Positions 44,774-55,143 of a DNA stretch of 64,000 nucleotides are shown here, in pieces. Within the stretch, counting starts at the first letter, position 1. Each line of letters begins with the position of its first letter. The notes below the pieces were generated by a model. That model saw only the letters and a list, made by a program, of their open reading frames with translations, made no database searches and had not been told where the DNA came from. The stretch is from Actinomycetota bacterium (lineage in GTDB: Bacteria; Actinomycetota; CADDZG01; JAHWKV01), in contig JBQTHR010000012.1 of the NCBI GenBank assembly GCA_052389675.1, positions 251-64,250 on the forward strand. The letters are read 5' to 3'. Position numbers and translations under genes: made by a program.

Positions 44774-46030
44774 ATGGCCACCAAGATCGCCGGGCCCAAG
44801 GGCGCGCCCGACCTTTTCCCTCCGACGTCCCTGCTCCACGATCGGATAATCGAGCGCGCAGTGGACCAGTTTCGCCGCTTCGGCTACGGGCGGATTGAGA
44901 CGCCGGTTTTCGAGTCGACCGAGCTGTTCAGCAAGGGCCTGGATCCGGACAGCGACGTGGTGACCAAGCAGATGTACACCTTCGAGGACCGGGGTGGGCG
45001 CTCGCTGACGCTGCGCCCGGACATGACCGCACCCACGGTCCGATCGATACTCGAGCACGGCCTGGACCGGATGAGCCGTCCGGTGAAGCTGTACTACCTG
45101 GCCCCGATCTTCCGGCAAGAGCGTCCACAGGCAGGCCGCCAGCGCCAGTTCACCCAGGTGGGGGTGGAGGCGGTGGGGGCGCCGGGTCCGGCGATCGACG
45201 CTGAGGTGATTCAGCTGGCTCACCGGGTTTATCGCAGCGTCGGCCTGCCGGTGTCCATGGCGCTCAACTGCATCGGCCACCCGGGGTGCCGGGCCGATTA
45301 TGTGCCCAAACTTCAGGCCTACCTCCGCTCGGTGGAATCCCAGCTGTGCGGCGACTGCCGGCGCAAGATCGACACCAACCCGTTGCGCACCTTCGATTGC
45401 AAACTGGATAACGACCGCAAGATCATGCAAGACGCCCCGCTCATCGTGGACCAGTTGTGCAACGAGTGCGCCGCCCACTATGCCGGGGTGAAAAGCCACC
45501 TGGACGATTGGGGGGTCGGCTACCGGGAGGACCCCCGTTTGGTGCGCGGGCTGGATTACTACACCCGCACCGCCTTCGAGTTCACCGCCACCGGCCTGGG
45601 TTCGCAGGATGCCGTGGGCGGCGGCGGCCGCTACGATGGGCTGGCCGAGTCTCTGGGAGGTCCTGCGCTACCCGGGATCGGGTTCGGGTTAGGTGTGGAG
45701 CGCATCGCCCTGGCGCTGCAAAGCGCCGGAGATTCGCCTGAAAGCTCGCTGGACGTGTTCGTGGTGGCAATTGGCGAGGCCGCCCGCCGGGAGTCCTTCC
45801 GGCTCGCCGGGGAGTTGCGTGAGTGCAAGCTGTCGGTGGACCTTGACTTTGCCGAACGCAGCCTCAAAGGGCAGTTCAAGGCGGCGAACGCATCGGGCGC
45901 GCGCCGGGTGGTGGTGATTGGAGACAAAGAGCTTGAAAGCGGCAACTACACGGTGAAGGACATGGCCAGCGGCCAGGAAACGGCGGTGGCGCGCCGAGCG
46001 GTGCCGGATTTTGTGGTTGAGCGCCCGTGA
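44774..46030 (+). CDS. hisS: histidine--tRNA ligase
   Basis: GPKGAPDLFP and class II motifs (LTLRPDMT, GGGGRYDGL). Confidence 0.95.
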   Translation: MATKIAGPKGAPDLFPPTSLLHDRIIERAVDQFRRFGYGRIETPVFESTELFSKGLDPDSDVVTKQMYTFEDRGGRSLTLRPDMTAPTVRSILEHGLDRMSRPVKLYYLAPIFRQERPQAGRQRQFTQVGVEAVGAPGPAIDAEVIQLAHRVYRSVGLPVSMALNCIGHPGCRADYVPKLQAYLRSVESQLCGDCRRKIDTNPLRTFDCKLDNDRKIMQDAPLIVDQLCNECAAHYAGVKSHLDDWGVGYREDPRLVRGLDYYTRTAFEFTATGLGSQDAVGGGGRYDGLAESLGGPALPGIGFGLGVERIALALQSAGDSPESSLDVFVVAIGEAARRESFRLAGELRECKLSVDLDFAERSLKGQFKAANASGARRVVVIGDKELESGNYTVKDMASGQETAVARRAVPDFVVERP

Positions 46031-47808
46031 GGACCCACTACTGCGGGGATCTCCGCCCCGAGCATGCCTCCTGCGAGGTGCGCCTGGCCGGCTGGGTTCA
46101 CCGGCGCCGGGACCATGGAGGAGTTATCTTTTTGGACCTGCGGGACCGGGAGGGCTTGGTGCAGGTTGTCGTCCACCCGGGCGAGCAGCCCGAGGCCTAC
46201 CGGGTGGCCGAGCAGGTGCGAAGCGAGTATGTGGTGATGGTCGCAGGCACCGTGCGCCCCCGGATCGCCGGAGCGGAGAACACCAATCTGCCTACCGGGG
46301 CGATCGAGGTGGTCGCTGTAAGCATAGAGGTGGTGAGCCGGGCCAAGACCCCGCCGTTCCAAATCGAGGACCGGGTGGAGGTGAACGAGGAGACCCGGCT
46401 GAAGTACCGCTACATAGACCTGCGCCGGCCGGAGATGCAGCGCGTGCTGCGCCTGCGCCACCGGGTGGTTAGCGCGATAAGGAGTTTCTTCGATGCGCAC
46501 GGGTTCATCGACGTGGAGACCCCGATGCTCAACAAGAGCACCCCCGAGGGCGCCCGGGACTACTTGGTGCCCTCCCGGCTGCAGCCGGGGAACTTCTTCG
46601 CCCTCCAGCAGTCCCCCCAGCTATTCAAGCAATTGTTGATGGTGGCCGGGTTTGACCGCTACTACCAGATCGTCCGGTGCTTCCGGGACGAGGATCCCCG
46701 GGCAGACCGCCAGCCCGACTTCACCCAACTGGACATGGAGATCTCTTTCGCCGGCGAGGCAATGATCCGAGGCCTGATGGAGCAGATGTTCGCTTCGGTG
46801 ATGGAGCAGACGCTGGGTGTCCAGATTGCCACGCCCTTCCCGGTAATGAGCTATTCGCAGGCCATGGACAGTTACGGAAGCGACAAGCCCGACCTGCGCT
46901 TCGCCCTGCCCATGTGCGAACTGACCGAGGAGTTCCGGCCCACGCAGGTTCAAGCCTTCCGGCGGGCCATCGACGCCGGCGGAGTCCTTAAGGCGCTCCG
47001 GGTTCCTGGAGCGGCAAGCTTTAGCCGCAAGGAGATGGAGGCTCTGGTGGGCGTCGCCCGCACCTACGGGGCCGGGGGGATGGCCTGGATTAGTTTCGGG
47101 ACCGAAGGTGCCACCGGGCCGTTGATGAAGTTTGTGTCCGAGGAAGAGGTGGCAGCGGTGCGGGGGACCGGGGCGCAGCCGGGTGACGCGGTCTTTTTGG
47201 TGTGCGACGCGCTTCGTACCGCCCAGCGCAGCTTGGGCGAGGTGCGATTGGCGCTGGCAGACAAGCTGGCGCTGCGCCCGCAGCGGGAACCTACCGATCC
47301 ACGGGCATGGAACTTCCTCTGGGTGATCGACGCGCCCATGGTCGAGTGGAATCCCAAGGAAAACCGCTGGGATCCCACCCATCACCCGTTCACCGCACCC
47401 CACGATTCCGACGTGGAGCTGATCGAGACCGACCCTGGAGCGGTGCGCTCTCGCTCTTATGACACGGTCCTGAACGGCTGGGAGGTTGCCGGGGGCAGTA
47501 TCCGCATCCACGATCCGGTGCTGCAGCGCCGGGTGTTCAGCCTGATCGGCATCGACGAGCCGACCGCTCAGCGAATGTTCGGCTGGTTCGTGGACGCTTA
47601 TCAATACGGGGCACCGCCCCACGGCGGCATCGCCGCAGGGGTCGACCGGCTGGTTGCTCTGCTGGCGGGCAAGGACTCGATCCGGGAGGCCATGGCCTTC
47701 CCCAAGAGCTCCGCAATGACCGATCTGATGACCGGGGCGCCGGACATCGTAGAGCCAGGGCTGCTGGAAGACCTCCGGATCGCAGTGGTGAAACCGCCGC
47801 TCGACTGA
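46027..47808 (+). CDS. aspS: aspartate--tRNA ligase
   Basis: MRTHYCGDLR, FLDLRDR and QSPQLFKQLLM; 593 aa. Confidence 0.95.
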   Translation: MRTHYCGDLRPEHASCEVRLAGWVHRRRDHGGVIFLDLRDREGLVQVVVHPGEQPEAYRVAEQVRSEYVVMVAGTVRPRIAGAENTNLPTGAIEVVAVSIEVVSRAKTPPFQIEDRVEVNEETRLKYRYIDLRRPEMQRVLRLRHRVVSAIRSFFDAHGFIDVETPMLNKSTPEGARDYLVPSRLQPGNFFALQQSPQLFKQLLMVAGFDRYYQIVRCFRDEDPRADRQPDFTQLDMEISFAGEAMIRGLMEQMFASVMEQTLGVQIATPFPVMSYSQAMDSYGSDKPDLRFALPMCELTEEFRPTQVQAFRRAIDAGGVLKALRVPGAASFSRKEMEALVGVARTYGAGGMAWISFGTEGATGPLMKFVSEEEVAAVRGTGAQPGDAVFLVCDALRTAQRSLGEVRLALADKLALRPQREPTDPRAWNFLWVIDAPMVEWNPKENRWDPTHHPFTAPHDSDVELIETDPGAVRSRSYDTVLNGWEVAGGSIRIHDPVLQRRVFSLIGIDEPTAQRMFGWFVDAYQYGAPPHGGIAAGVDRLVALLAGKDSIREAMAFPKSSAMTDLMTGAPDIVEPGLLEDLRIAVVKPPLD

Positions 47809-49121
47809 TGGATCTGTTCTCGGACTCGCTACAGAGCCGGTTCGATGAGTTCGCGCCCTTGGCGGCCCGGATGCGCCCTAGCAAGCTGGAAGACTTCGTG
47901 GGCCAGGAGCACCTGCTCGGATCCGGCAGCCCGCTGCGGGTGCTGATCGAGCGGGATGCTCTCACCTCTTTGATCCTGTGGGGACCTCCGGGGACCGGTA
48001 AGACCTCGCTGGCTAATATCGTGGCCACCGCCACCAAGGCTCGCTACGTGGAGTTGTCGGCGGTCAGCGCGACGGTGGTCGATGTCCGGCGCACAATCAA
48101 CGAGGCCAAGGACATCCTGGCCGGCAGCGGCCGCAAGACGGTGCTGTTCATCGACGAGATCCACCGGTTCAACAAGGGGCAGCAGGACACCTTGCTGCCG
48201 GCGGTTGAGAATCGCTGGGTGAGCTTGATTGGAGCCACTACCGAGAACCCCTATTTCGAGCTCAACTCGCCGCTGCTCTCCCGCTGCCTGCTCATCCGGC
48301 TGGAGACGCTCAGCCCGGAGCAGATCGAGCAGATCCTGCGCCGTGCTCTGGCCGACCGGGAACAGGGTCTGGCCGGGCGGGTGGAGGTGCAAGACGGCGC
48401 GTTCGAGCACATTGTGCGAACGTCGGGCGGCGACGCCCGATCGGCGCTAAACGCCTTGGAAGTGTGCGTGGCGGCGGCCGAGGCGGAGGGGGGCAGTAAG
48501 GTGACGCTGGCGCTCGCGGAGATGGCTCTGCAGCGCCGGCAGGTCCGCTATGACAAGGCGGGCGACCAGCACTTCGATGTCGCCTCGGCGTTCATCAAGT
48601 CCATGCGCGGCTCGGACCCGGACGCGGCGCTGTTTTGGATGGCCCGGATGCTCGAGGCAGGCGAGGACCCCCGATTCATAGCTCGCAGGATCGTCATTGC
48701 TGCCTCAGAGGACGTTGGCAACGCTGATCCCATGGCGCTGGTGGTCGCGGTGGCAGCGGCTCAGGCGCTGGAGCATGTCGGCCTGCCGGAGGCGCGCCTC
48801 AGCATGGCTCAGGCGGCTATGTACGTTGCCCTGGCAGCCAAATCCAACAGTGCCCTCAGCGCGATCGGCCGGGCGTCCGACGCCGTTGCCGGTGCGTCCG
48901 ACCTGCAGGTCCCGGGGCCGCTGCGCTCCCACTTTTCCCGAAAAGACCGCAAGGCGGACCGGGTGGGTTACAAGAACCCTCACGATCACCCAGGCGGCTG
49001 GGTGGAGCAGAACTACCTGCCGAAAGGCTCCGGCGGGGCAAAGTTCTTCGAACCGATCCGGGGCCGGGAGGCTGAGATGTCCGAGCAGCTGGCCGCCCGC
49101 AAGAAGCGAAAGCCCGGTTAG
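47808..49121 (+). CDS. rarA: replication-associated recombination protein A (AAA ATPase RarA/MgsA)
   Basis: MRPSKLEDFVGQEHLLG, GPPGTGKTSLA and FIDEIHRFNK. Confidence 0.9.
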   Translation: MDLFSDSLQSRFDEFAPLAARMRPSKLEDFVGQEHLLGSGSPLRVLIERDALTSLILWGPPGTGKTSLANIVATATKARYVELSAVSATVVDVRRTINEAKDILAGSGRKTVLFIDEIHRFNKGQQDTLLPAVENRWVSLIGATTENPYFELNSPLLSRCLLIRLETLSPEQIEQILRRALADREQGLAGRVEVQDGAFEHIVRTSGGDARSALNALEVCVAAAEAEGGSKVTLALAEMALQRRQVRYDKAGDQHFDVASAFIKSMRGSDPDAALFWMARMLEAGEDPRFIARRIVIAASEDVGNADPMALVVAVAAAQALEHVGLPEARLSMAQAAMYVALAAKSNSALSAIGRASDAVAGASDLQVPGPLRSHFSRKDRKADRVGYKNPHDHPGGWVEQNYLPKGSGGAKFFEPIRGREAEMSEQLAARKKRKPG

Positions 49122-49149
49122 CCCCGCAGCGGAGGCCTTGGGCCCCCCA

Positions 49150-49506
49150 CTAAGGCGCCAAACTTGGCGGTTCCAGCGGCGGGGGTCCGGGGTCCGGCCG
49201 GACCGCCAGCAGGGTCCTGGCCCGCTGCTCGATCATCGAGCGCACCTCGGGCTCGTACCGGCCTGTGCCCGGAGGCATCTTGCCTTTGACTTCCACCGAT
49301 CTTGCGCCCACGTTGATGCTCCCGGCGATCTTGAACAGGAACATCTTCATCCTGAAATCGCACAGATGGCCGTTCCAGCGCTCGTCCACCTCACTGATCT
49401 GCGTACCGAAGATCTCCCGGAGCTCAGCCAGCAGCATCTTGATGCGCCGTGTCGCCTCCTCGGCGGCCAGCTGGTGGGGAACTATTACCTGGAACTCCCG
49501 AGCCAT
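49150..49506 (-). CDS. small protein resembling the polyhydroxyalkanoate-system (PHA_gran_rgn) family
   Basis: MAREFQVIVPHQLAAEEATRRIKMLLAELREIFG...; high GC3. Family assignment from memory and weak. Confidence 0.4.
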   Translation of the reverse strand: MAREFQVIVPHQLAAEEATRRIKMLLAELREIFGTQISEVDERWNGHLCDFRMKMFLFKIAGSINVGARSVEVKGKMPPGTGRYEPEVRSMIEQRARTLLAVRPDPGPPPLEPPSLAP

Positions 49507-49529
49507 GGTGGCGATTCTACGCTCGGTGT

Positions 49530-50117
49530 ATGAGCAGATTTGAGTACACTTCGACATCGCAGAAGGTGCGCTACCGACAGGAACCCAACCAGTTGCCCCC
49601 ATGGATTGAGCGAGTGGTGCAAAAGATCGAGCCGGCCGGAGGGCTCGACGAGATAGGCCTGCCCGAACAGCTCATCGCTTCGCTGAAGCGGGTGTCGGAG
49701 CGCTTGGCTGCGGTCTCCACGGGCAGCAAGGCGCATGCCGACGTGACGGTGCTTTTCGAAGGCGAATCGGTTTCGAAGATGAAGGCCGGTGCGGCGATTG
49801 CCCGGGCGCACAATCTGGAACTCTACCGGATCGATCTCTCCCTGGCTGTCTCGATCGACACCCAGGAAACCGAGCGCACCTTGCGCCGGATCCTCGACGC
49901 CGCCGAGCAGGCCGGCGGTGTGCTGTTCTTCGACGACGGCGATGCGCTATTCCCCGCCGGGACGCCCGAGGATCGATATCCGGAGCGGGGCGGAAGCTAT
50001 CTCACCAAACAGATGAGCCGCTACGAAGGGCTGACCATCCTGTCGCTCGGTTCGGCGGCAGCGGTGGATCCGGCGGTCAAGCGTCGCTTCCGCTTTTCGG
50101 TGGACTTCGCACTCTGA
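49530..50117 (+). CDS. AAA-like protein with degenerate Walker A/B (predicted catalytically inactive)
   Basis: LFEGESVSKMKAGAAIARAHNLELYRIDLS aligns with the AAA pattern LYGPPGTGKTxLAxAiA...DLS but lacks GKT. VLFFDDGDALF replaces the hhhhDEiD Walker B. Start uncertain (ATG 49530 or GTG 49569). Confidence 0.5.
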   Translation: MSRFEYTSTSQKVRYRQEPNQLPPWIERVVQKIEPAGGLDEIGLPEQLIASLKRVSERLAAVSTGSKAHADVTVLFEGESVSKMKAGAAIARAHNLELYRIDLSLAVSIDTQETERTLRRILDAAEQAGGVLFFDDGDALFPAGTPEDRYPERGGSYLTKQMSRYEGLTILSLGSAAAVDPAVKRRFRFSVDFAL

Positions 50118-50151
50118 GCTTGCAACCTGAGGAACGGTAGTCTTTCTTTAG

Positions 50152-52800
50152 ATGCTCACGCCGGAGATTCGCCGTACCTTTCTGGATTTCTTCGCCCGAA
50201 GAGACCACACCGTGGTGCCTTCTGCCTCCTTGGTCCCGGACGACCCCACACTGCTGCTCACCAATGCTGGGATGGTTCAGTTCAAGCCCTACTTCCTGGC
50301 AACCAAGCCGGCCCCCTACCCCCGGGCCACCTCGGTTCAGAAATGCTTCCGTGAGAAGGATCTGGAGGAGGTGGGCAAGACCGCCCGGCATCTGACCTTC
50401 TTCGAGATGCTCGGCAACTTCTCCTTCGGTGACTACTTCAAGAGGGAGGCTGCCCTTTGGGGATGGCAGTGCCTGACCGAGGCCTTCAGCCTCGACCCAG
50501 ACCGGCTGTGGATCACTGTCTTTGAGCATGATGAGCAGGCAGCGCAGATCTGGGAGTCAGACGTCGGGGTGCCCGCAGAGAGGATCCTGCGGCGCACCAG
50601 GGCCGACGGCAACTTCTGGGACATGGGGGTGGCCGGGCCGTGCGGGCCGTGTTCGGAGTTGCTCTATGACCGGGGCGAGGCGTTCGGCCAAACCTATACC
50701 GGTGGTGAGCTGGACGAGCAGCGCTACCTGGAAGTCTGGAACCTGGTATTTATGCAGAATCTCCAGGACGATCGTGGCAACGTGGTGGGGGACCTGCCGA
50801 AAATGAACGTCGACACCGGCATGGGGCTGGAAAGGCTGGCATCGATCCTGCAGGACGTGCCTTCCAATTTCGAGATCGACTCAATGGCGCCGCTGCTGCG
50901 CCGGGCTGAGGAGTTGACCGGCCACAGCTACGGCAACGCACACCAATCCGACGTCGGCTTGAGAGTGCTGGCGGAGCATGCCCGCTCCATGTCCATGCTG
51001 ATTGCCGACGGGGTCCTGCCGGGCAACGTGGGCCGGGGCTACGTGCTGCGCCGGCTGATCCGCCGGGCTGCCCGCCACTCCCGCTTGCTGGGCGTGGAGG
51101 ATCCGGTGCTGCGCCCGCTGGCCGAGATAGTCATAGACGCTTACTCTGGCAACTACCCCGAGGTCGGCCGCAACGCCGCCCTGATCACGGCGGTGGTGGA
51201 GAAGGAGGAGAGCCGCTTCGCCCTCACGCTACGCCAAGGTCTGGGAATCCTGGAGGACCAGATTGCCCGGCTCAAGGCGGCCGGCGAGGAGAGTTTGTCC
51301 GGGGAGGTAGTTTTCAAGCTCCACGATACCTACGGATTCCCGCTGGACCTGACCACCGACATCGCCACCGAGGAGGGCCTGGCGGTGGACCGGCCCAGCT
51401 TCGAGGCGTTGATGAAGCTCCAAAGATCCCGGGCGCGAGCCGCTCGCCCCGCCGGGGGCAAGGATGCGGTGCAGATCGAGGCGCTGGCCGAGATCCAACA
51501 AGAACTGGGGCGCACCGAGTTCCAAGGGTACGACCGGCTGTCGTTGGACGCCCCGGTGGCGGGCCTGCTGCAGGGGGAGATGGCGGTTCAGGTGCTAACG
51601 GTGGGAAGCGCCGGGCAGGTGGTTCTGGCCAGCAGCCCGCTCTACCCACGAGGAGGCGGCCAGATCGGTGACCGGGGGGTGATCAGGACCGGGACCGGGC
51701 AGTTCCAGGTTGAGGACACATTCTGGGGAATGCCCGGGGTACTGGTCCACTCGGGCACCGTGACCGAAGGGGAGTTGCTTGCCGGTCAGCAGGCCGTGGC
51801 CGAGGTCAACCCGGTTCATCGCCGGGGGGTAACCCAAAGCCACACCGCCACCCATATCCTGCACTGGACTCTGCGCAGCGTTCTGGGCGAGCATGCCCAT
51901 CAGAAGGGCTCGTTGGTGGAGCCCGGCCGGTTGCGTTTCGACTTCAACCACTTCCAGCCGGTGGGCTCAGTCGAGCTGGCGCAGATCGAAGAAATGATCA
52001 ACGAGCGGCTGCTCCGCAACGACACGGTGCGTGCCTTCGAGACCACTTTCGACTACGCCACAAGCATCGGTGCCATGGCGTTGTTCGGAGAAAAGTACGG
52101 CGACCATGTGCGGGTGGTTGAGGTGGGCGAGTACTCCAAGGAGCTTTGCGGGGGGACCCATGTGGCCCGGACGGGCAGCATTGGCTTGGTGAAGCTGACC
52201 CATGAGGGATCCGTGGCGGCGGGCATCCGCCGGGTGGAAGCCCTTACCGGGATGCACGGTCTGGCCTACCTGAATGCCCAAGCCGAGCGGCTGAGGGCGG
52301 TGGCCGAGCGGCTGAAGACCGACCCGGATAATGTGCTCGAGCGTCTGGACAAGGCGTTGGAGGCGGCGGCGGCGCTGGAGGCTCAGCTCAAGAAGCAAGC
52401 AGCGAAGGGTGCCCAGGATGAGGTGCGGCGAATCCTTGAGTCGGAGGCGGTGAACGAGGTGTCCGGGTACAAGCTGGTGGTGTTCCGCCACGACGATTCC
52501 TCAGTGGACGACTTGCGCAAGCTGATCGGTACAGTTCGAGACCGTCTGGGGTCGGGCATAGTCATAGTCGGCGCGATCACCGACGGCAAGGCAAATCTGC
52601 TTGCTGCCAGCACCCGGGACCTGGTGGAAAAGGGGGCGTCTAGCAGCAGTCTGATTGCCACCGGGGCCAAGGTTTTAGGCGGAGGCGGAGGTGGGCGCCC
52701 GGAGCTGGCCGTCGCCGGGGGGCCCAAGGTGGACCAGATCGACAGTGCAATGAAGGCGGCCGAGGCGGATGCCCGGCGGGCGCTGGCGGACCTGCCATGA
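50152..52800 (+). CDS. alaS: alanine--tRNA ligase
   Basis: 882 aa; FFEMLGNFSFGDYFK, tRNA-SAD HxxxH editing motif and C-terminal DHHA1. Confidence 0.95.
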   Translation: MLTPEIRRTFLDFFARRDHTVVPSASLVPDDPTLLLTNAGMVQFKPYFLATKPAPYPRATSVQKCFREKDLEEVGKTARHLTFFEMLGNFSFGDYFKREAALWGWQCLTEAFSLDPDRLWITVFEHDEQAAQIWESDVGVPAERILRRTRADGNFWDMGVAGPCGPCSELLYDRGEAFGQTYTGGELDEQRYLEVWNLVFMQNLQDDRGNVVGDLPKMNVDTGMGLERLASILQDVPSNFEIDSMAPLLRRAEELTGHSYGNAHQSDVGLRVLAEHARSMSMLIADGVLPGNVGRGYVLRRLIRRAARHSRLLGVEDPVLRPLAEIVIDAYSGNYPEVGRNAALITAVVEKEESRFALTLRQGLGILEDQIARLKAAGEESLSGEVVFKLHDTYGFPLDLTTDIATEEGLAVDRPSFEALMKLQRSRARAARPAGGKDAVQIEALAEIQQELGRTEFQGYDRLSLDAPVAGLLQGEMAVQVLTVGSAGQVVLASSPLYPRGGGQIGDRGVIRTGTGQFQVEDTFWGMPGVLVHSGTVTEGELLAGQQAVAEVNPVHRRGVTQSHTATHILHWTLRSVLGEHAHQKGSLVEPGRLRFDFNHFQPVGSVELAQIEEMINERLLRNDTVRAFETTFDYATSIGAMALFGEKYGDHVRVVEVGEYSKELCGGTHVARTGSIGLVKLTHEGSVAAGIRRVEALTGMHGLAYLNAQAERLRAVAERLKTDPDNVLERLDKALEAAAALEAQLKKQAAKGAQDEVRRILESEAVNEVSGYKLVVFRHDDSSVDDLRKLIGTVRDRLGSGIVIVGAITDGKANLLAASTRDLVEKGASSSSLIATGAKVLGGGGGGRPELAVAGGPKVDQIDSAMKAAEADARRALADLP

Positions 52801-52844
52801 GCGGGGTGCTTCTTGGAGCCGAGGCCGACTCCGGCGGACCTGCC

Positions 52845-53267
52845 ATGAGTCGCGTGGTCCTGGGAATCGACCCCGGAAGCCGGCGGATCGGCGTGGCCGC
52901 ATCCGACTCGGGCGGGACGATCGCCCTGCCGGTGAGTGTGGTGCAGCGGGTCAACGACTCCTACCTGGACGAGCTAGTGAAGCTGGCCGTAGAACGCCGA
53001 GCGGTGGAGATGGTGGTGGGTCTGCCCCGCAAGCTTGACGGCACCGACGGCCCGGAGGCGGTCAAGGCCAGGGCGCTTGCGCACGTCTTGGGCGAGCGCC
53101 TGGGCATCCCGGTGCACATGGTGGATGAGCGCTTCACCACCCGCATCTCGGAGGGGGCGCTTCGTTCAATGGAGGTCTCCTCACGCAAGCAGCGGGGCAG
53201 GACGGACGGACTTGCGGCAACAGTTCTTCTACAAGGTTTCCTGGACGCCCGGAGGTCTGCGTCGTGA
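52845..53267 (+). CDS. ruvX: Holliday junction resolvase-like protein RuvX/YqgF
   Basis: VLGIDPGSRRIGVAASD. Confidence 0.85.
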   Translation: MSRVVLGIDPGSRRIGVAASDSGGTIALPVSVVQRVNDSYLDELVKLAVERRAVEMVVGLPRKLDGTDGPEAVKARALAHVLGERLGIPVHMVDERFTTRISEGALRSMEVSSRKQRGRTDGLAATVLLQGFLDARRSAS

Positions 53268-54268
53268 TAAGAGCCTTTCTTGCACTGTTAATTGCGATCG
53301 GGCTGATCGCCGGAGGCGCCTTCTTGTACTACACCAACCTGGTTGCCGGGCCGAAGGGGGCGGGGGGTCCGGAGGTGGCGGTGACCATAGCGGAGGGTTC
53401 GTCGGCAACTGCAATCGCAGAGAAGTTGGAGCAGTTGAGAGTGGTCGACTCCGCGCTGGCGTTTCGACTCTACCTGAGAAAGAACGGAATTAGCTCCGAC
53501 TTAAGAGCGGGAGAATATCAGCTGCAGGCTGCTCAACCGTTCGCCTCGCTGGTAGAGGAACTGAAGAAGGGTCCGCCGGCCGAGTTCGTCAAGCTGTCCA
53601 TCCCGGAGGGCCTGAACCTGGAGCAAACTGCCGCCCAGGTGGAGCGACAGACGCACATCAAAGGTGCCGACTTCTTAGCCGAGGCAACGCCGGCCAAGGT
53701 CCAGCCGGGTATCTTACCCACGACGGGTACCACCCTGGAAGGGTTTCTGTACCCGAGCACCTATTTCGTCGAGGAGACCGAGACTGCGGCAACGCTGGTT
53801 GCCCGAATGATCGCGGAGTTCGACAAGCAGACCGGGACCGCCTTGCAGGACTCGGCTGAAGTCGGCCAGACCCCCTACGAGGTCCTGATCATCGCCTCGC
53901 TGATCGAGGAGGAGGCCAAGGCGGACGACGAACGGGCGAAGATCTCGGCGGTGATCCACAACCGGCTTAAGAGGAACATCCCGCTGGGAATCGATGCGAC
54001 CATCCAGTACGCGGTCAAAAAGTACGAGGGCCAGCCGCTGACCGTGAGCGATCTGGCCATCGACTCGCCTTTCAACAGCCGCACTCGCACCGGCCTGCCG
54101 CCCAATCCGCTCTCCAGTCCCCGGGGGTCCTCGGTGGTGGCCGCGCTCAACCCAGCATCGGAGGACTCGATCTACTACGTTCTTACCGCAGACTGCGTGC
54201 ACCACTTTTTCACCGCTGACTACAACGCATTTTTGAGGGCCAAGGCGCAGCAGCCGAGAAACTGTTGA
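53264..54268 (+). CDS. mltG: endolytic murein transglycosylase MltG (YceG-like)
   Basis: N-terminal TM, then a YceG domain (YPSTYFV, LIIASLIEEE). Confidence 0.85.
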   Translation: MIRAFLALLIAIGLIAGGAFLYYTNLVAGPKGAGGPEVAVTIAEGSSATAIAEKLEQLRVVDSALAFRLYLRKNGISSDLRAGEYQLQAAQPFASLVEELKKGPPAEFVKLSIPEGLNLEQTAAQVERQTHIKGADFLAEATPAKVQPGILPTTGTTLEGFLYPSTYFVEETETAATLVARMIAEFDKQTGTALQDSAEVGQTPYEVLIIASLIEEEAKADDERAKISAVIHNRLKRNIPLGIDATIQYAVKKYEGQPLTVSDLAIDSPFNSRTRTGLPPNPLSSPRGSSVVAALNPASEDSIYYVLTADCVHHFFTADYNAFLRAKAQQPRNC

Positions 54269-55134
54269 TCAGCGGTCGAACCAGGTTCGCCGGCATCCTT
54301 GCCGGGCCGGTGCAGGCCGGTCACAGCCTCAGCCCGGCCATCCATAACGCCGCCTTCCGGGCGCTCGGGCTGGACTGGATCTATCTGGGCTTCGGCGTTG
54401 AATCAGGGCGGCTGGCCGAGGCGGTCAAAGGACTGGCCGCAGCAGGTGTTCGGGGCTTGAACGTAACGATGCCCCACAAGATCGTTGCGCTGGACCTGGT
54501 GGACGAACTTACCGAGCAGGCAAATCTGATTGGTGCGATTAACACTATCGAGCTTTCCGGGGGGCGGTTGATCGGCCACAACACCGACGTGACCGGTCTG
54601 GCCCGCTTCGTCTCCCACGACTTGGGGATCTCGCTGGCGGGGTGCAAGGCGTTGGTGATCGGCTCCGGCGGCTCCGCCCGAGCCGCGGTGGCCACTCTTT
54701 GTGGTGCGGGTGCCGGCCGGGTGGTGGTGCTTGCTCGCAGCGCCGCCGCGGCTGAAGCGCTGCGTGCGGTGGCCGGCAGCACGCCGTTTGAGGCGCAGGT
54801 GCTGGACGAGCGGGCGTTCGCCCGGGTGGCCGAATCCGAGGTGGTAGTTCACTGCACGCCGGTAGGGCAGCAGCTGGAAGAGCCGGTGATCCCGCCCGAG
54901 TACATTTCCAAGCAAGCCGTGGTGGTTGACCTGGTCTACCGGCCGCCGGTGACGCCGCTGATTTCCGCTGCCCGGGCGCGGGGGGCCGTCGCCCACAGCG
55001 GGTTGGGCATGCTGGTTAACCAGGCCGCCCTGGCGTTCGAGATTTGGACCGGCCTGAGCGCCCCGATGGAGGCGATGAGTGCGGCGGCGCTCCGGGAACT
55101 CAGCAAACCGGCCGCCGATTCAGAACCCTCGTAG
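54265..55134 (+). CDS. aroE: shikimate dehydrogenase
   Basis: GxxxSxSPxxHN (HSLSPAIHNAAF), NVTMPHK and GSGGSARA. Confidence 0.85.
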   Translation: MISGRTRFAGILAGPVQAGHSLSPAIHNAAFRALGLDWIYLGFGVESGRLAEAVKGLAAAGVRGLNVTMPHKIVALDLVDELTEQANLIGAINTIELSGGRLIGHNTDVTGLARFVSHDLGISLAGCKALVIGSGGSARAAVATLCGAGAGRVVVLARSAAAAEALRAVAGSTPFEAQVLDERAFARVAESEVVVHCTPVGQQLEEPVIPPEYISKQAVVVDLVYRPPVTPLISAARARGAVAHSGLGMLVNQAALAFEIWTGLSAPMEAMSAAALRELSKPAADSEPS

Positions 55135-55143
55135 GGCCCGACC

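Noticed and set aside
44252-45499. 415-aa minus-strand ORF
   Set aside because: It is antisense to hisS, which has unambiguous class II synthetase motifs.
46621-47622. 333-aa minus-strand ORF
   Set aside because: It is antisense to aspS.
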